Shown piece after piece: positions 26,108-40,278 of a DNA stretch of 64,000 nucleotides. The notes beneath the pieces were generated by a model, which did no database searches, had not been told where the DNA came from, and was given only the letters and a program-made list of their open reading frames with translations. The stretch covers positions 3,658,001 to 3,722,000 of the forward strand of contig NC_089434.1 of the NCBI RefSeq assembly GCF_026210795.1, written 5' to 3'. A program made the position numbers and the translations under genes. Numbering within the stretch: position 1 is the stretch's first letter; the number at the start of each line of letters is the position of its first letter. The stretch comes from Rhizophagus irregularis (taxonomy: Eukaryota).

Positions 26108-27899
26108 TATTTATTCAATAAATAAAGAAAAAACGTTTAATAATCTGTTATAACTAGAAGCCTGGGAATATATAATTACAGAAGTACAAAATAAAAGAAA
26201 CAAAAACCCCCTAAAATTTATGAATGGAACTAAATTTATATAACAAACCCGAACTCCGAACCAATTGGGTTTGTAAAAATAATATTTCACAAATGTACGT
26301 TAATTACCTGATTAGTCCGAAATGTAACAAAGGAATATATACTTCTACGCTTGATGACGACATGTCCATCCGACACGTGATGATGTATCAGCAATAAGAC
26401 TTTAAATGGCACCTCGGACTTTATAAAGGTTGCCCCGAAGAGAATATGCCCGCGATTGTGCGTGAAGATTTAGGCAGTTTAATATAATGAATTTCATGTA
26501 TTTGCATTTGCTTACTTGTAGCCAATTCATATAATTTCTTTAATAAAAAAAAAATAACGGTTTCCGCTTCCTAGTTTACTAATTATTAATAATAAATTAT
26601 ATTAAAACTTGTTCAAAAAAATAATAATATATGTAATTTTTATAAAAAAAGTAATGTTTTATATGAAATATAATTTTTCAAATTAAATGATAATCTAATT
26701 AAGGCATAATCCATCAAATCTCAAGTTATGAAAATTTGACAAGATTCTAACTTCTAAGCCAATCCCGTTAATAATAGCAATCGTCTAACATCTTAATAAC
26801 GCCAAAATCCTGATTGAGATTCAACCGGATAAATTTGAGATTGGTTAATTTTTAATTGAGTTATTTCTAATTTTAGAAAAACAATTGATGAACATTTCAT
26901 TCTTATGCTATGGCGTTTATTTACCTTTCATTTTACCTTCATAACTGCGTTTAATTAATATTTTAAAACCGAGAATACCTCCTAGTAAAGCGGATGTAGC
27001 TCAATGGTTTAAAGAAACTTATATTTATGGAAAATAGGACGAGAAATATGTAGTTCGCGATGATCACTATTTCCACCAGCATTATGATCAATTTCGTTAA
27101 TATTAATAAAATTTATTAATGATTTGTGTTTAGAAATAATTTAATATACAGTATGTGATAAATTACGACCCGTTACTGCACCATAACATTTTTAAAATTA
27201 TACGCTTAATTGGCTTATTTTTTTAAAAAAAAAAACTTCAAGAATTAGTTTGGCTGTCAAGATTTTTTAGTTGTCAGAATTTTGTGGTTGTAAAAGAACA
27301 AAAAATATCAAACATGGAACGATTGTGAATAAATTGATACCTTATGAGCATATAATGCATGGAACAGGAATTGTTGCCTAAAGGTTAACGTAACAAACGG
27401 CATCATTAAAATTTTTAATAAATATTTTCTATGCCATGATATAAATGTTGTTTTTATTATTATTTCTCTTCGTTGTACCTATTATTTCATTAATAATAAA
27501 TTAGTTCAATGCACTTATTTAAGAATCAAGCGAAAACATTTTGAATTATTTATTATATAATATGGATACATGAGCAGCGTGTGATTTTCAAACTTAAACA
27601 TGCGGATGGCGCACACCGTATGGGTGCGGTAGTACGCAAATGCCGCAAAGCGACACGAATAATTTTTTAACGATGCGCAAAAAATTTTATCTCCGTATTA
27701 TGTAAATTTAATTACTAAGTTCTTTTTAAAAAAGAGGTGCAATGTAATAATTATAGTTATACAATGCTTTTATTTTCTTATAAAATTGAATGTTCTTTAT
27801 TAATTGAATATTATATTAATTACATATTAATGAATTATGAATAAAATTATAAAATCCATAAAAAAATTATAAAAATGTTCAAGATATGAATATTTCTAT

Positions 27900-29590
27900 T
27901 CATTAGCTCACCACACATATTGATTTACCCGTGTTATTCCAATCAAAATTATGAAAATCATTAGGTCCGTTTGGTTTGCAAATATCATTAAATGTATATT
28001 CAACGTGTCATAGTTCATCCGATTTTTTACCCGTTCATCATGGGCATTAGAAAGAGGAATTATTTAATAGGCTAGTTTAACAAGCTTAGAAATTAACGGA
28101 TAATCACTAATAAAATGAGGTTTCGTGTTCCAAATATGCTCCCATCCCTTAACAAAATCAAAATCACGGATTGATTTCATTATTTGCTTAACGATTCCCA
28201 TTTTTGATTTAATTCTGTTTCATTAAAATATGCAGAGAAATTCTCGCCAGTAGTAGTTGAAAAACGATCATTTACAAAATATTCTGCTAAAATTTTACTA
28301 TCGCCACAATATGCAATATCACTTTCTCTTTGAGGTAGAAATTTGGGATCAAAAATTCTAGTGAATTATAAATTTCTGAATCCGGAAATCGATTTTTTGG
28401 AGCATTAATAATTGCTTCAGATTTTAAAATAAAAGAAGGTAAATTTACAGGATCGATATTTTTTTACCATATATTTATATAAAATAGTTCCATATATTGA
28501 AAAAACTTCTTCAGTTCCAATAAATTATTCTTTGATAGCTGAAATTGTTGTTTCTAAAGAATGTTTCAATTCTGAAAGATCTATATAATCGCGTTGATCA
28601 TCTTTGATAAAATGTACATTAAATCTGCTAAGAGCATCGTTGATATAATAAATTCTGTATCGAGATTATTAATTAATTGAGTAGCCCAGATTCTATCTTT
28701 AGGATTTTCTGCATTGATTGCATCATCATTAAGAGCATCGATAACAGAAAATAACTTGATGGAGATTATGTACAACATTTGACATAGATAACCATCGGGT
28801 ATTAATAATACAGTCAACTCTTAATATAACGAAGTTGGCGATCAGGCCTTCGTTATAGGAATATTCGTTAATATGATGGGAAAATCTGGTATAACCCGGA
28901 AAATTTTTGTGTATTATGGTATATTGTCGTATAATAATTGTATCTTATAATGCAAAAACGCAAGTTACACAAAATATCTTCATTATATTGAAAAAAAATT
29001 CGGTATAAAAGAAAATTCGTTATTAAAAGGGGCATTTTTCATATACGGTTTATAAAATTTACTTCGTTAAACGGTATACAGCATTTAATTAGTAAAATTC
29101 GGTATAATGAGATTTTTTTCATATGTTAAAATCTGTACCATACTGAAGATCCGTTATATTGTAAAATTCGTTATATCAAAATTCGTTATAAGAAGAGTTG
29201 ACTGTATTCAATATTGTGGATCATTAATATCTTGCATAAGCTTCAGGTTTTGCATTCGTTTGTATGATCCTATAATTGTTTGCAAATAGCTTCATATTGA
29301 CATATTCTTTAAAATATACCACTTCTTTCGCAACATCTTGGCCAGCTAAATGAAGTCTATGAGCAATACAATGAACAGAAGTCATTAATAGATTTTTCTT
29401 CTTTAATTGTGCCACTACACTATTAATTTTTCCTAAATAAAAAAAAAAGTAATCAATACAGTTAACTATTAAATTATTTCTATTTTAATTAACCTGTCAT
29501 AACAGAAGTGCCATCGCTTCCAAAATGAGCAACTGAATGTTTTTAATTTGTAAATCTTATTTGGTTAAAAAACTTTTATTTGTATTGTAA
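27900..29590 (-). pseudogene. Degenerate hAT-family (ZNF862-like) transposase remnant
   Basis: Minus-strand fragments HFGSDGTSVMTG, SVHCIAHRLHLAGQD and NIINTRWLS (the last interrupted by a MITE) match hAT catalytic-D, CxxH and TRW motifs. Many stops and frameshifts; ends approximate. Confidence 0.75.
28811..29204. mobile_element. MITE, Tc1/mariner-pogo type, inserted in the hAT remnant
   Basis: TIRs CAGTCAACTCTTxxTATAACGAA at both ends, TA on each side (28809-10, 29205-06). The transposase reading continues across the site. Confidence 0.85.
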
Positions 29591-30752
29591 TATTATTAGC
29601 GCTAAACCGGCTATACTAATTTTCTCCCCTAGTTCCATTGATTCTGCGGGTCCGATTAATCAACATCTGGAATTTTTTGATTTGTAATCATTTGTAATAA
29701 TCCCGGACCCATCATTACATGGAATCCGAGCTATCATATGACCTATATGACTTGATTTGTCATAAGTCATTTGTCATTTGCCAATGACTTTGTCATAAGA
29801 TTCTTAATTCCGACCGACATTTATAAATTTGGCCAGAATTATTGTTATTAGATTGGATAAAATTTTAAATAGACTTTATTATTATCAAAAATAACTATTT
29901 TTCTTTACTTTCTATTCATTTATTAATTAACTTTACAGCGCTAAATTTTGGATCCCCTCCATCCATCATAATAAAAGCTTTTCACAGTTTCTCTCCCAAT
30001 CTTTTTTCCAGTGAGTGAGTTGGTGAATTTCGCATCTCACTGTTTTAAATACATAATCCATAGTATCCCCTTCCTCTTTATTTGAATTAATAACTTCCTT
30101 AAAACGAATACTAATTTCAATCGGACGATGGATAGCTACTGGTACTTCCACGTGATCAGTTTGAAGCTTTGGATTATTAGTTAGCCATAATCTCGGTCTG
30201 AAGTTTGCATGACTTCATTTCGGAGTAATGCTAGTTCAGCCTGTATTGATGTACTAACTACTAACTTTTTCGTGGCACTGAATTCAGATTTTATTCTTCC
30301 AAAATCATTATGGCATGCTTCTTAGAAATTATTTGTGGTCATTGACGTCACCATTATCTGCCATAGCAGCATCACGTGAACTAGTCATCACGTGAATTGA
30401 ATTTAGCAAATTTACTATTAATTTCATTTTTTTTTAGATAATAACGCTTGATATTTTTCATAATGTCAGTTATAGAGATGGGAAGTAGCTCATCGGTTCA
30501 ACTCCGGCCCAATAGAGCCGTTAAACTGACTTGGAGCGGCTCAGTCTAAACCGACTTAAACCGACTTGAACTATACTTGCCGCCCATTTAAAATCCCATC
30601 CCCTCCCCTCCTCTCCCCTCCCCTCCCATCCCATATCCCATCCCATCCCAAATCCCAATCCCAAATCCCATCCCATCCCAAATCCCAAATACTTGTGTAA
30701 CATTTCTCCAATTGGCCAATTATCACGTGACGTTACACAAACTTCCAAAAAA

Positions 30753-31167
30753 GGAGGTCGTCTAAAGCGGGGGCAAATCACGTGATTCGGTGTAATTTTA
30801 ATTAGATTAATTTTTTATAAAGAAAGATTAATAGAAACTTTAAAATCATAATATAAGCGTATTTTTATCTGCTTTGCAAGTTTACTTAAGGAAAAAAAGT
30901 GGATTATGAATATTGTTTTTGACTTTACATATGAATGAACAAAACTTTGCCGATCATATCCAAAAATGGATAACGAAATTGAAAAAGTCAAATAAATCAA
31001 AAACAGCATTCAAAACCCTACTCTGCGCTCTAAGTAAACTTGCAGAGCAGGCAAAAATGCATTTAGAATGTGTGTTTAGAATGGTTGAATATATGGTGAA
31101 AAGTTTTATTTTATGAAAACAATTTTTTTCGAAGTCACGTGATTTGCCCCTGCTTTAGACGACCTCC
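30753..31167. mobile_element. MITE nested in the hAT element
   Basis: About 33-bp TIR GGAGGTCGTCTAAAGC(G/A)GGGGCAAATCACGTGA. The flanking ccaaaaaagg is duplicated; the exact TSD/TIR boundary is ambiguous. Confidence 0.8.
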
Positions 31168-31312
31168 AAAAAAGGAAATTTTGCCTCCCGCAAAAAATGG
31201 GCAGATTTGGTTTCACAAGTATTCCAAAAAAGGAAATTTCTATGCCGATCACATAATTCCGGCCGTAATGTTTTAGTTTTCGAAGTCTAATGTTAATTCA
31301 GGTCAGAATTTA

Positions 31313-32013
31313 GTTTAAATCCTTATCTTACATACCCAATTTTTAAGAGATTTACCGATCAGATTTTAATGAAATTTATATCATTGGATTTGTCTCGATG
31401 CAAGGAATTTAATGGCAGTGAAATTATATTCCCAACATTAATATTGAATAAGTTATTATAAAAAATGTATTTTATAATATATATTATTAAATAACATGTA
31501 TAAAGCAAGCAATAATTGGTTACTTTTAATATAAAAAGTTTTTAAAATATATTTATTCAATTTATTATTTTATATTTTTTATTACAATTTAACTTTGAAT
31601 TAACTTAAACCTATCTATTAATTCATCAAAAAAAGTTTGATTATTTATTTCTAATATATATAATTTGATAGATATTATTATTATTGCATAAATATTTAAT
31701 AAAATAATATTTACAAACCAGGAATTAATTTACTGTTAATCTAAAAAAACAATATCAGCAGATATCATCAAAATTATTAATTCAAATAAAATAATCAATA
31801 TATTACTGAATACTAACTGCTAACATGTTACTTTCAAATAATATATAGTATAAAAATACATTTTTTATAATAAATCAGTCAATATTAATTTTAGAAATAT
31901 GATTTCACTACCATTTAATTCCTTGCATCAAGACGAATCCAAAGATATAAATTTCATTAAAATCTGATCAGTAAATCTCTTAAAAATTGGGTTTGTAGGA
32001 TAAGGATTTAAAC
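31313..32013. mobile_element. Long-TIR (about 150 bp) foldback/MITE nested in the hAT element
   Basis: gtttaaatccttatc...ccgatcagattttaatgaaatttatatc...gatgcaaggaatt at the left end is mirrored as its reverse complement at about 31860-32013. Confidence 0.8.
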
Positions 32014-34594
32014 CTTTATAATTTGTAATTCCGGCCGGAGTTAAAATATAAACTTCGTAAATCTGTTCGGGATCTTAATTTTGCTCATATTCTGGTAATG
32101 GATGCAATGCTGGCCAGAATTATATGATCGGCGTAAAAATTTCCTTTTTTGGAATACTTGTGAAACCAAAATCTCTCAATTTTTGCGGGAAGCAAAATTT
32201 CCTTTTTTGGAAATTTGTGTAACGTCACGTGATAATTGACCAATGAGATTATTTGGGATAAGGGATGGGACAGGGACGATGATTTTTTGCGGCGGTATAA
32301 AGTAAATTTTGTGTGTGATAAAAGTAAATTTTGTGAAATTTTGTGATTTGGCCAGAATTATGCAAGGTTGGCCAACATTACGATTCGTAAATTCTGGCCA
32401 AATTTAGTGTCTGCCGGAATTATAATAATTTCAAATCCTAAATCAGGCCAAAAACTTGAAAATTATCAACATTTTATAGCCAAATTTTGTGATTTTCTGT
32501 GAAATTCTGTGATCACAAAAAATCATCGTCCCTGGGATGGGATAAGGGATATGGGATATGGGTGGGATTGGGATTTGGGATTGGGATGGGATTTTGGCAA
32601 ATGGGAGGGGATTTTGGCAAAAGGGATGGGATATGGGATGGGATGGGATAGGGGATTCTCCTATCCCATTTAATATGGGTGGCAAGTATAACTTGAACTG
32701 CTCAAACCGACTCAAACCAACTTGAGCGGTTCAAGCAGCTCAAACTGACTCAAACCAACTTGAGCGGTTCAAGCAGCTCAAACCGACTCAAGCGACTCAA
32801 ACCGACTTAAAGTGACTCAAACTAAGTTTTTTGTAACACTAACCGGCTTTAATAAATCCTTAATTCCGGCCGGAATTAAGTGATCGGCACGGGGGTTTCC
32901 TTTTTCGGAATACAGTACAACATGATTTTTCAAATTTTTCGCAGGTGACATTTTCCTTTTTTGGAAATTTGTGTAATGTAACGTGATAAAATGGTTCAAG
33001 TCGGTCAAGTCGGTTCAAAGTCGGTTCAAGTTTGTTCAAGTCGGTTTGAGTCGGTTTGAACCGAACCAAGCTGGGAACCATAAGCTGACTCCAAAACCAT
33101 ACTCGAGCTGCTCCTTTCTCAAGTTTTCCCATCTCTAGTCAGTTATCTTGCGTAAATGCACCGGAAAAAAAAAGATTCTTTATATTTTATTACTACTGCG
33201 CGTGGAAATGGGAATTTAAATTTAAAGAATTACTTTTTCATAATTGTGAAACTTCGTAGGGAGTATTTTCCGCATACAGTACTGTAATTATTGAAACAAC
33301 AAGGCGAGCACCAGCATTATGATCTTTAGCAATACTCAATTATAAAATATTTGAGAAAGTTCTCTTTTCAAACATGAACAAAATTATTTTAACTGATAAT
33401 TTTAAAAAAGAGCGTGTAATTTTGCACTTATTGTATTATTAACGGAATAAAGAAAAATTCAGTCTATGTGTATGTTGAAATTTGAAAAAATAAATGAAAC
33501 TACAATTTTTGCATGACTACACATAAACTTTTTTTTTAAGTGTATCGTGTATCAAAATTTTATTTAAGATTTCTTGATTTCTTGATTTAACGTTAAATAT
33601 TTGAGAAAAATTTTCGGTAACATGACATGATAAATTTTATTGGTCAGATTTATTTTGTACAACCTTTTCAGAGAAAAAATTTCACATTTTAAAAAAAGCA
33701 AATAAACATTTATTTGAATATTTCTCATGATTATTGTTTGTTTGTTTTTTTCTAGTAAAATAAGTTGAATATACAATTTAACAAATTTGACGTCAAATCT
33801 TTATATTGTTTAATTAATATTTATATAAGTTGTAATAAAAAAGATAATTTTTTTAATTATATTAAATAAAAAAGTCTTTTCAAAACTTGATAGTTTTACT
33901 CCTAAAAAATCTTTCAATATTATTTATTTTTAATAAAAAAATTATATTTTTATTTTCAAAACAAAGTAAATTACAATAAAATTAAAAAATAAATGTAATA
34001 TGTAAGCCACTTATAAGCCCCCCGGCTTATTTTAATTAATCATTAGTATCATAAGTATTTGTCATCAATAAACATATAATGTAAATCTAATGCATAATAA
34101 ACAAGATTTTTAAATTTTTGGTGCTTTTATGAACACAAGCCATAAACTTTTATCATGTGGTAATATAGAGATAATTGTGTAAAATAAGAATGTTTTTGCA
34201 GAAAATATTTAATTTTTTCATAAGAGATTTGAACGCGAACTTCTCCAGTTACAGAAAATCCTTGATTTTCATAATCATGTATTAATAGTACTAAAGCCAC
34301 TTATAAGCCACTATCCAATGTTTTGTCACCAGATACCATGATAATTAAATGAAAACTTTGTGTTTATATTTGATTAAGACAAACACAAAATATGGTTTCC
34401 ATAATCTTATATGAAATTATTTTTTTTTTTGAATACTACATATCATCTTTTACACTGTACCAATGGATGGAATGATACTCACCAATTCAATTTCGGTTAA
34501 TAAAGCTTTTGATATTGTGGCCGTACTTTATTAAATATTCTTCGATATAAAGTTGTTTCGTTAGAAATTTGACTTGGTATGTATTGGTTGTATA

Positions 34595-34827
34595 AGGACC
34601 AAGAAATATATATATAGGGGTCAGGTGATGAAAAAAATTTTTTACCATGAGCTGTACGCATTTTTTCAGGGCCGGAATTATGATAATGTCAGTCGGTTAC
34701 TATAATAGGAAATAAAATTCTGACTGGAATTATCAAAAATTATCCAAAAAAGGAAAGATTTTCATGATTTTTTTAGTTCAAAATACGCAAACTCAAACCT
34801 GACCCTTTATATATATTTCTGGGTCCT
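34595..34827. mobile_element. MITE with 8-bp TSD
   Basis: TIR AGGACC(A/C)AGAAATATATAT...GGGTCAGG. TSD GTTGTATA at 34587-34594 and 34828-34835. Confidence 0.8.
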
Positions 34828-36954
34828 GTTGTATATCGTTTATTTAAAAATTCATTATCATTCTGTTTATAATATCCAGTAAGTACAGTATAAACGGCTG
34901 ATGATGAAATATTTTCTAAGCGTGTTGAGCGAGCTGTTTTAAATAACAGTTATAAATGATAACACTTGGTCGATACGAACAAATTATTTCTTTTTTTTTT
35001 TTGTTTTTTCAATGCGTCGTCTCCTTGCTGAAAATTTTTGTCCAACTGAAGTCGATCAAATACAGTGAGTGATCTTGTATAGTCTTATAACTTAACAACA
35101 AAAATATTCACAAATATTATAAAAGCCCTACGAACATTAACCTATTAAAACTTTACAATACTTTAAAACTTCTAAATCACTCTCATAACTCGCAAACTAT
35201 ATAATAATCATAAAATACTAATATTTATGCATTCAAGTTCAATTTTTATATCCGCCGAAAATGTGAAAATTCTTACTTTTATTGGATTTTTTTTTAAAAC
35301 GATGATATTTAAGTTATTTATCAGAATTCAATTTACTGAAGTTTGTTTACTCACTTTACTGCCACCTGCATCAATGCCAACAACTGAATTAAAAGAAAAT
35401 TATATGCAATCACCATCTGAATTACCGTAAAGACATCTTATTGAAATAAAGTTCTAGTGTTAACGTTCATGACAAAATTGAGAAGTTTCTTAAATCAACG
35501 ACATCATAAACTTTTCAACAATATATGTATGAAAATTAGATAAAAGCGAAATCCTATGAATCAGACTACTTTCGAATTTCAAGTGTAAATTTATACTTTA
35601 TGTTTTATCCCATATTCATTTCAAATTATCAAATGTTCCGTGGTCATTTGCCAGGTGGCTTTAACAATTTTATTTTCTTCATATATTTTATCAGTTCATA
35701 TTTTATATATTTTAGTAGAAATCTACGAAATTATATTTGTACGATAAAACAAAGTTGTTATTTTATATTGGTTATAATTATAACAAATTACTTGTCAATA
35801 AAAATAGCTGAATAAAGATAAAACTTTCAATCGTTAATATTAAACGCGCGTAATGATTATTTTAATTTTTGAGTGATAATATAGTTTATATCCTAAGGAA
35901 TGTTAAATTTTCGTTATCAATAAAAATCAGGATTGTTATGGATTAATCTAAAGGTTAGATATTTAATACTGGAATTAGTACGACGGATTAATAGCTGCCA
36001 AAAGTATAATACTTTACGATGATATATTATTATGAGTTTGTGCTGATGTTCGTCAAAATACACTCATATTCATATATTAATCCATTTGCCAATCGTGCGT
36101 TAAGGAAAATTTTGAGTCCAGATCACGTATGATTTTTGCCAAAATGGATTTTATTTTATTTTAAGAGACTGGTAGAATAAATTTAAGGTACAAAGACGTC
36201 GACTTGGAGCTTTGGTTTTGTCGCGTGAGTCCTTTTTACTCGAAGATGAAGATTTCTTTTTTTCTTTCGTAGGTCCGGAGGATAATTTTTTCTTTTGATT
36301 TCTCAGATTTCTGACGTTTGGATTTGCGATTAAAAGGGAGTTCAGGGGCGGCCATTAATTTAATGACTTAATTCTTGGCTAGGGAAATGAACAATTTCTA
36401 GTAGAGTTTATGTTGATGATCACGTGTTTGCAGTATATCAAGTGCTCTTTAAAATTTGAAAGTGAAATAAAATAATCTTGAATTAAAAATGAAAGTTGGA
36501 AAATTGTGTAATTTGGCCGGTATATATTTTCATTGGTAAACATGAAATCAAATGAAATCAATTTTACTAAAAGTATAAATTTTTTTTTTTTACTTTAATA
36601 AAAAAATTATAAACAATTTGAATTGTATAACATGGAAACGCGTGATATGCCTGCGCCTGATCTATTCCGGCAGTGAACGGAAAGTTATGCATTACGGCCG
36701 CAGCAGATCGCATCAACAAAGCTGACTTTAAGAAAACATCCCTATTTTTCTGGTCCTTATATAAAATTTTTTTCACCAAAAAAAAAAATTGATTTATTTT
36801 TTTTCAATTACTCGAAAAAGAAAAATATTTTTATTTTTTCAGTTTTTTAAGTTGAATTTTAAGACAAAAATTTATGATTCAGATTAAATAAGTAATTATT
36901 CTTTCCATTCTTTTATATTTAACGAAAAATTACTCATTATTAAATAAAGATGCT

Positions 36955-37327
36955 TAACGGTCCTGAAAGACCACGGTCCTAACGGTCCTACACCTCAAAA
37001 AAACGGACCAGTCCGTCTTAACGTAGGACCGCAGTCTTTCGGTCTCGCGTCACGTGACATAAAATGTGGAACCATAAAGACCGTTTAAATTTTTAGGCTT
37101 GAAGTGTCAAAGGTTTACTTTAAGTTTTTAATAAAAAACGCCAGTAGGTCTTTATAATTTTTTGCAAGTTGTGCAATAGTTATAAAACTTTATTTAGTAA
37201 ATATAAAATTTTCAATATAAAGACATGCTGTATGAGGACTGTATCGGTCCTAGGACCGGTACTAAAAAAAAAAAGGACCACGGTCCGGTCTTACAAAGTC
37301 CTAGGATCGGCCGGTCTAAGACCGTTA
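36955..37327. mobile_element. Probable MITE with GGTCC/GGACC subterminal repeats
   Basis: Ends TAACGGTC / GACCGTTA; clusters of cggtcc/ggacc motifs at both ends. TSD not confirmed. Confidence 0.55.
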
Positions 37328-38839
37328 TTCTTAAAGGAGGTTTTTTAATTCACTCAAAATCCTTTACATATAGTTAATCAATTAAAATCATTAAATATTT
37401 TAGCGAAGTTCAAAACAATGAAATTAATAAAGAAACAAGAAAAAGACAATAATAGTGAATAATATCAAAATGTTGTTAAAGAAAACGGCAAAAAGAATTT
37501 GAAAGATCAATGAAGATAAATAAAATTAATATTATTATATGTAATTGATATTTATGATAATACTGAATAAAAACATAAAATCCTGAAATCCTTTAAAATG
37601 GAAGGATATTTTTGCAAGCACATATAAAATTCAAAAAAGAAAAAAAAAGAAAAAAATAATGAATTGAAATAACAGATTATTAAAAATTAGCAAAAAATAT
37701 ATTTGTTACATATGATAATGGCGTAGTAAAATTTAATTAACGTGATTGTAGATCATCAATCATATGGTTTATTACAGGCGCCTATATCAGATATGTTTAA
37801 TGATACTGGATAAAAAAATAAGCCAATAGTTTATAAAGTAAATAAAGGTTATAAAAATATTTACCATTATTTCTAATACAGTATATGAAATATTATTATT
37901 AAATGCAAATTTTATTTATCACACGAAACAAATGTTGCAGTACTGTGAAATTTACAAATTCATTACAAAAACAATTTTGTATAAGTAGTTTGTTGTTATA
38001 TTGTTACGAAAAAAATCTTTTTTTTTTATCCTCTAGAAAAAAAATATCTTAATATTGTTACAAAAAATAAATAAATAAGTAATTATGTTAGTCTATTATT
38101 GAGCTTGATAAAAAAAACAATATTATTATTAATAATAAGAATCGGGAAAAAAGGCAATTTCCGTGTCGCCGCAACATTGATCTGATCACCGGTCTAAACC
38201 TAAAGAATGTATTCGAAAATAAGCCAACCCGAAAAAAGAAAGGGAAAAATTTTCGGATTGGAAAAAGTCAACTGAAAAAAAAAAGAAAAAAAAATTTGGA
38301 AGTATAAGAAAGAAATCAGTTTTAAAAAAAAATAAGTACCGAAAAAAATTCTGAAAAAAAAGGACAATAATAATTCGGTCCAAAAAGACCAAAAAAAAAT
38401 TTTTAAAAAATTAATAATATGGTCTAAAAAAAAGACCAAAAAAAAAAAAAAATATTAATAATTTTCGGTTTTGGAAAAAAAACCAAACCTAAACGGTGAA
38501 AAGAAAAAAAAAATGAGGAAAAAAATTTTATTAACCGGAATTGAATTAGATGTACAACATTGACTTGCCGATCAAGAGGGTCTTAACTATAAAGAATACG
38601 AATCAGCAATTCAAAATTAATTTATACAGGCTAATCTAAACGTTAGTATCAAAAACACTATTTTTTTAATTATATAGATAGATATAGATGTGGGCCAATT
38701 TTTAGATTTACATAATTATCTAATTATATAATTAAGACTTTCGTTAAAATAAATAATATTTAGCTTTAAATATATATATATATATATAATGAATTTTCTG
38801 AAAATTTGGATATGTAGTACATTAATATTTCATTTAGGA

Positions 38840-39130
38840 TATTTTAAAAAGAAAATTTCTAAGTTTACACGGGGTGTTTGTACACAGGTCATATAAATAT
38901 CATTTTTAATAGACTAATTTTTTGTTTTTTAATTTGAAATTGAATGCTACCGACATTATACTCTTTTATTTTTTATTCTTATTATATTACAGATAAATAT
39001 ATGTATTTTCACCTGCTCTGCAAGTTTACTTAAGGCATTAAAGGAGGGTTTGAATGCCGTTTTTAATCTACTAATATGACCCGTGTTTAAACACCCCGTG
39101 TACAAATAGAAATTGCCTTTTAAAAAATAG
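38840..39130. mobile_element. Probable MITE (about 50-bp imperfect TIRs)
   Basis: aatttcta..tacacggggtgttt..acac.ggtcat is mirrored by atgacccgtgtttaaacaccccgtgta..tagaaatt. Confidence 0.65.
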
Positions 39131-39592
39131 TTTTTTGCTTATTAAAATAGTTTAGAATAAAAATTGATTATAATTCGTTATTTCAGAATTTCTTGTCATT
39201 GATCGACAATCTTTATTTATTTATTTTATGTGAAGCTGGAAAGAGTATCACAGAGAACATATGACTCTCCATAGGAAGGTACTCGTCCTACATTTAATCT
39301 ATCATCCATTACTAGAACGGACCCTAACTTCTAATTATATAGACTATTCCTAAACCACGACCGATAAAGGAACAGGTAGCCAAAAAAAAGAAAAAACTAC
39401 CTATCAAGAATGAAACAAAGCTATATATGTATAGAAGAAGTGGCGAACTGCACATTATAATATAAACAAATAGTAGAATTAGAGGGAGAAGAATAATCAA
39501 TAAAATATTGATCGACAATCATCAAATATCATTTAAGAACGTTTGCGTGTCACGACTGTCACGTGAATATTATGATGATCAGATTAATACAG

Positions 39593-40235
39593 TGTAACAC
39601 CTGAGCCCATAGAGAATTATGTTTGCCACCTCAGGTATTAACAAAATGACTCTTTATTAATAATATAAATAAATACAATAATATGCTTGGTTTAATAACA
39701 TTAAATAACAAAACAAATTTCGTCTAATTTTTCTCCCTTTTCCAAAAGTTGATCTTCACGCCTTTTTATGTTTGTTTTTGTGTAACTAAATTCATAATCT
39801 CGATTCATGGATTTAAATTATTAAAGTATTTCCATTGTTTTAAAGTATTTCCATTATCTTAATTTTGTATCCATTTGATCATCATAAACTCCTGAATTAT
39901 GATTTATAATATTAACGCAGTGATCAACAAATTAATCACTTGACACCTCGGATCACTTGATTTCATCCAATTTAGTATCTTACGGATCTTCATTTATCCT
40001 TAAATCTCGTGACTAATAGTTTAAGGTCATCACGGACCAATTACCTCAATCCATGTGATTATTAGTTTAACGACTTCTCGGTCCAATTATCCTTGATTCT
40101 CATGACTAATAGTTTAACGACTTTTCGGTCCAATTAAAATAAAAATAAAAATAAGTTAAAATTTTATACACTAAGACTAAATGTAATACTGCGCCTCACA
40201 ATTAATAAATTTACTAGATATACTACGGCATTACA
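39593..40235 (-). repeat. 3' LTR (643 bp)
   Basis: TGTAACACC...GGCATTACA; I found no difference from 49963-50605 by eye. Confidence 0.97.
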
Positions 40236-40245
40236 ACTATCCCCC
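40236..40245 (-). other. Polypurine tract
   Basis: GGGGGATAGT immediately before the 3' LTR on the element's sense strand. Confidence 0.7.
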
Positions 40246-40278
40246 GCATAAAAATTTAATGCCCACATTAAATTTATT

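Larger units (their letters stand above)
30473..33137. mobile_element. Non-autonomous hAT-type element (2665 bp) with nested inverted-repeat elements
   Basis: 12-bp TIR TAGAGATGGGAA / TTCCCATCTCTA. Perfect 8-bp TSD GTCAGTTA at 30465-30472 and 33138-33145. Subterminal AAACCGACT/CGGTTCAAG and CCCAT/ATGGG arrays; no transposase ORF. Confidence 0.9.

Noticed and set aside
30521..33132. Short ORFs with GMGWD/PIP repeats
   Set aside because: Translations of transposon subterminal repeats.
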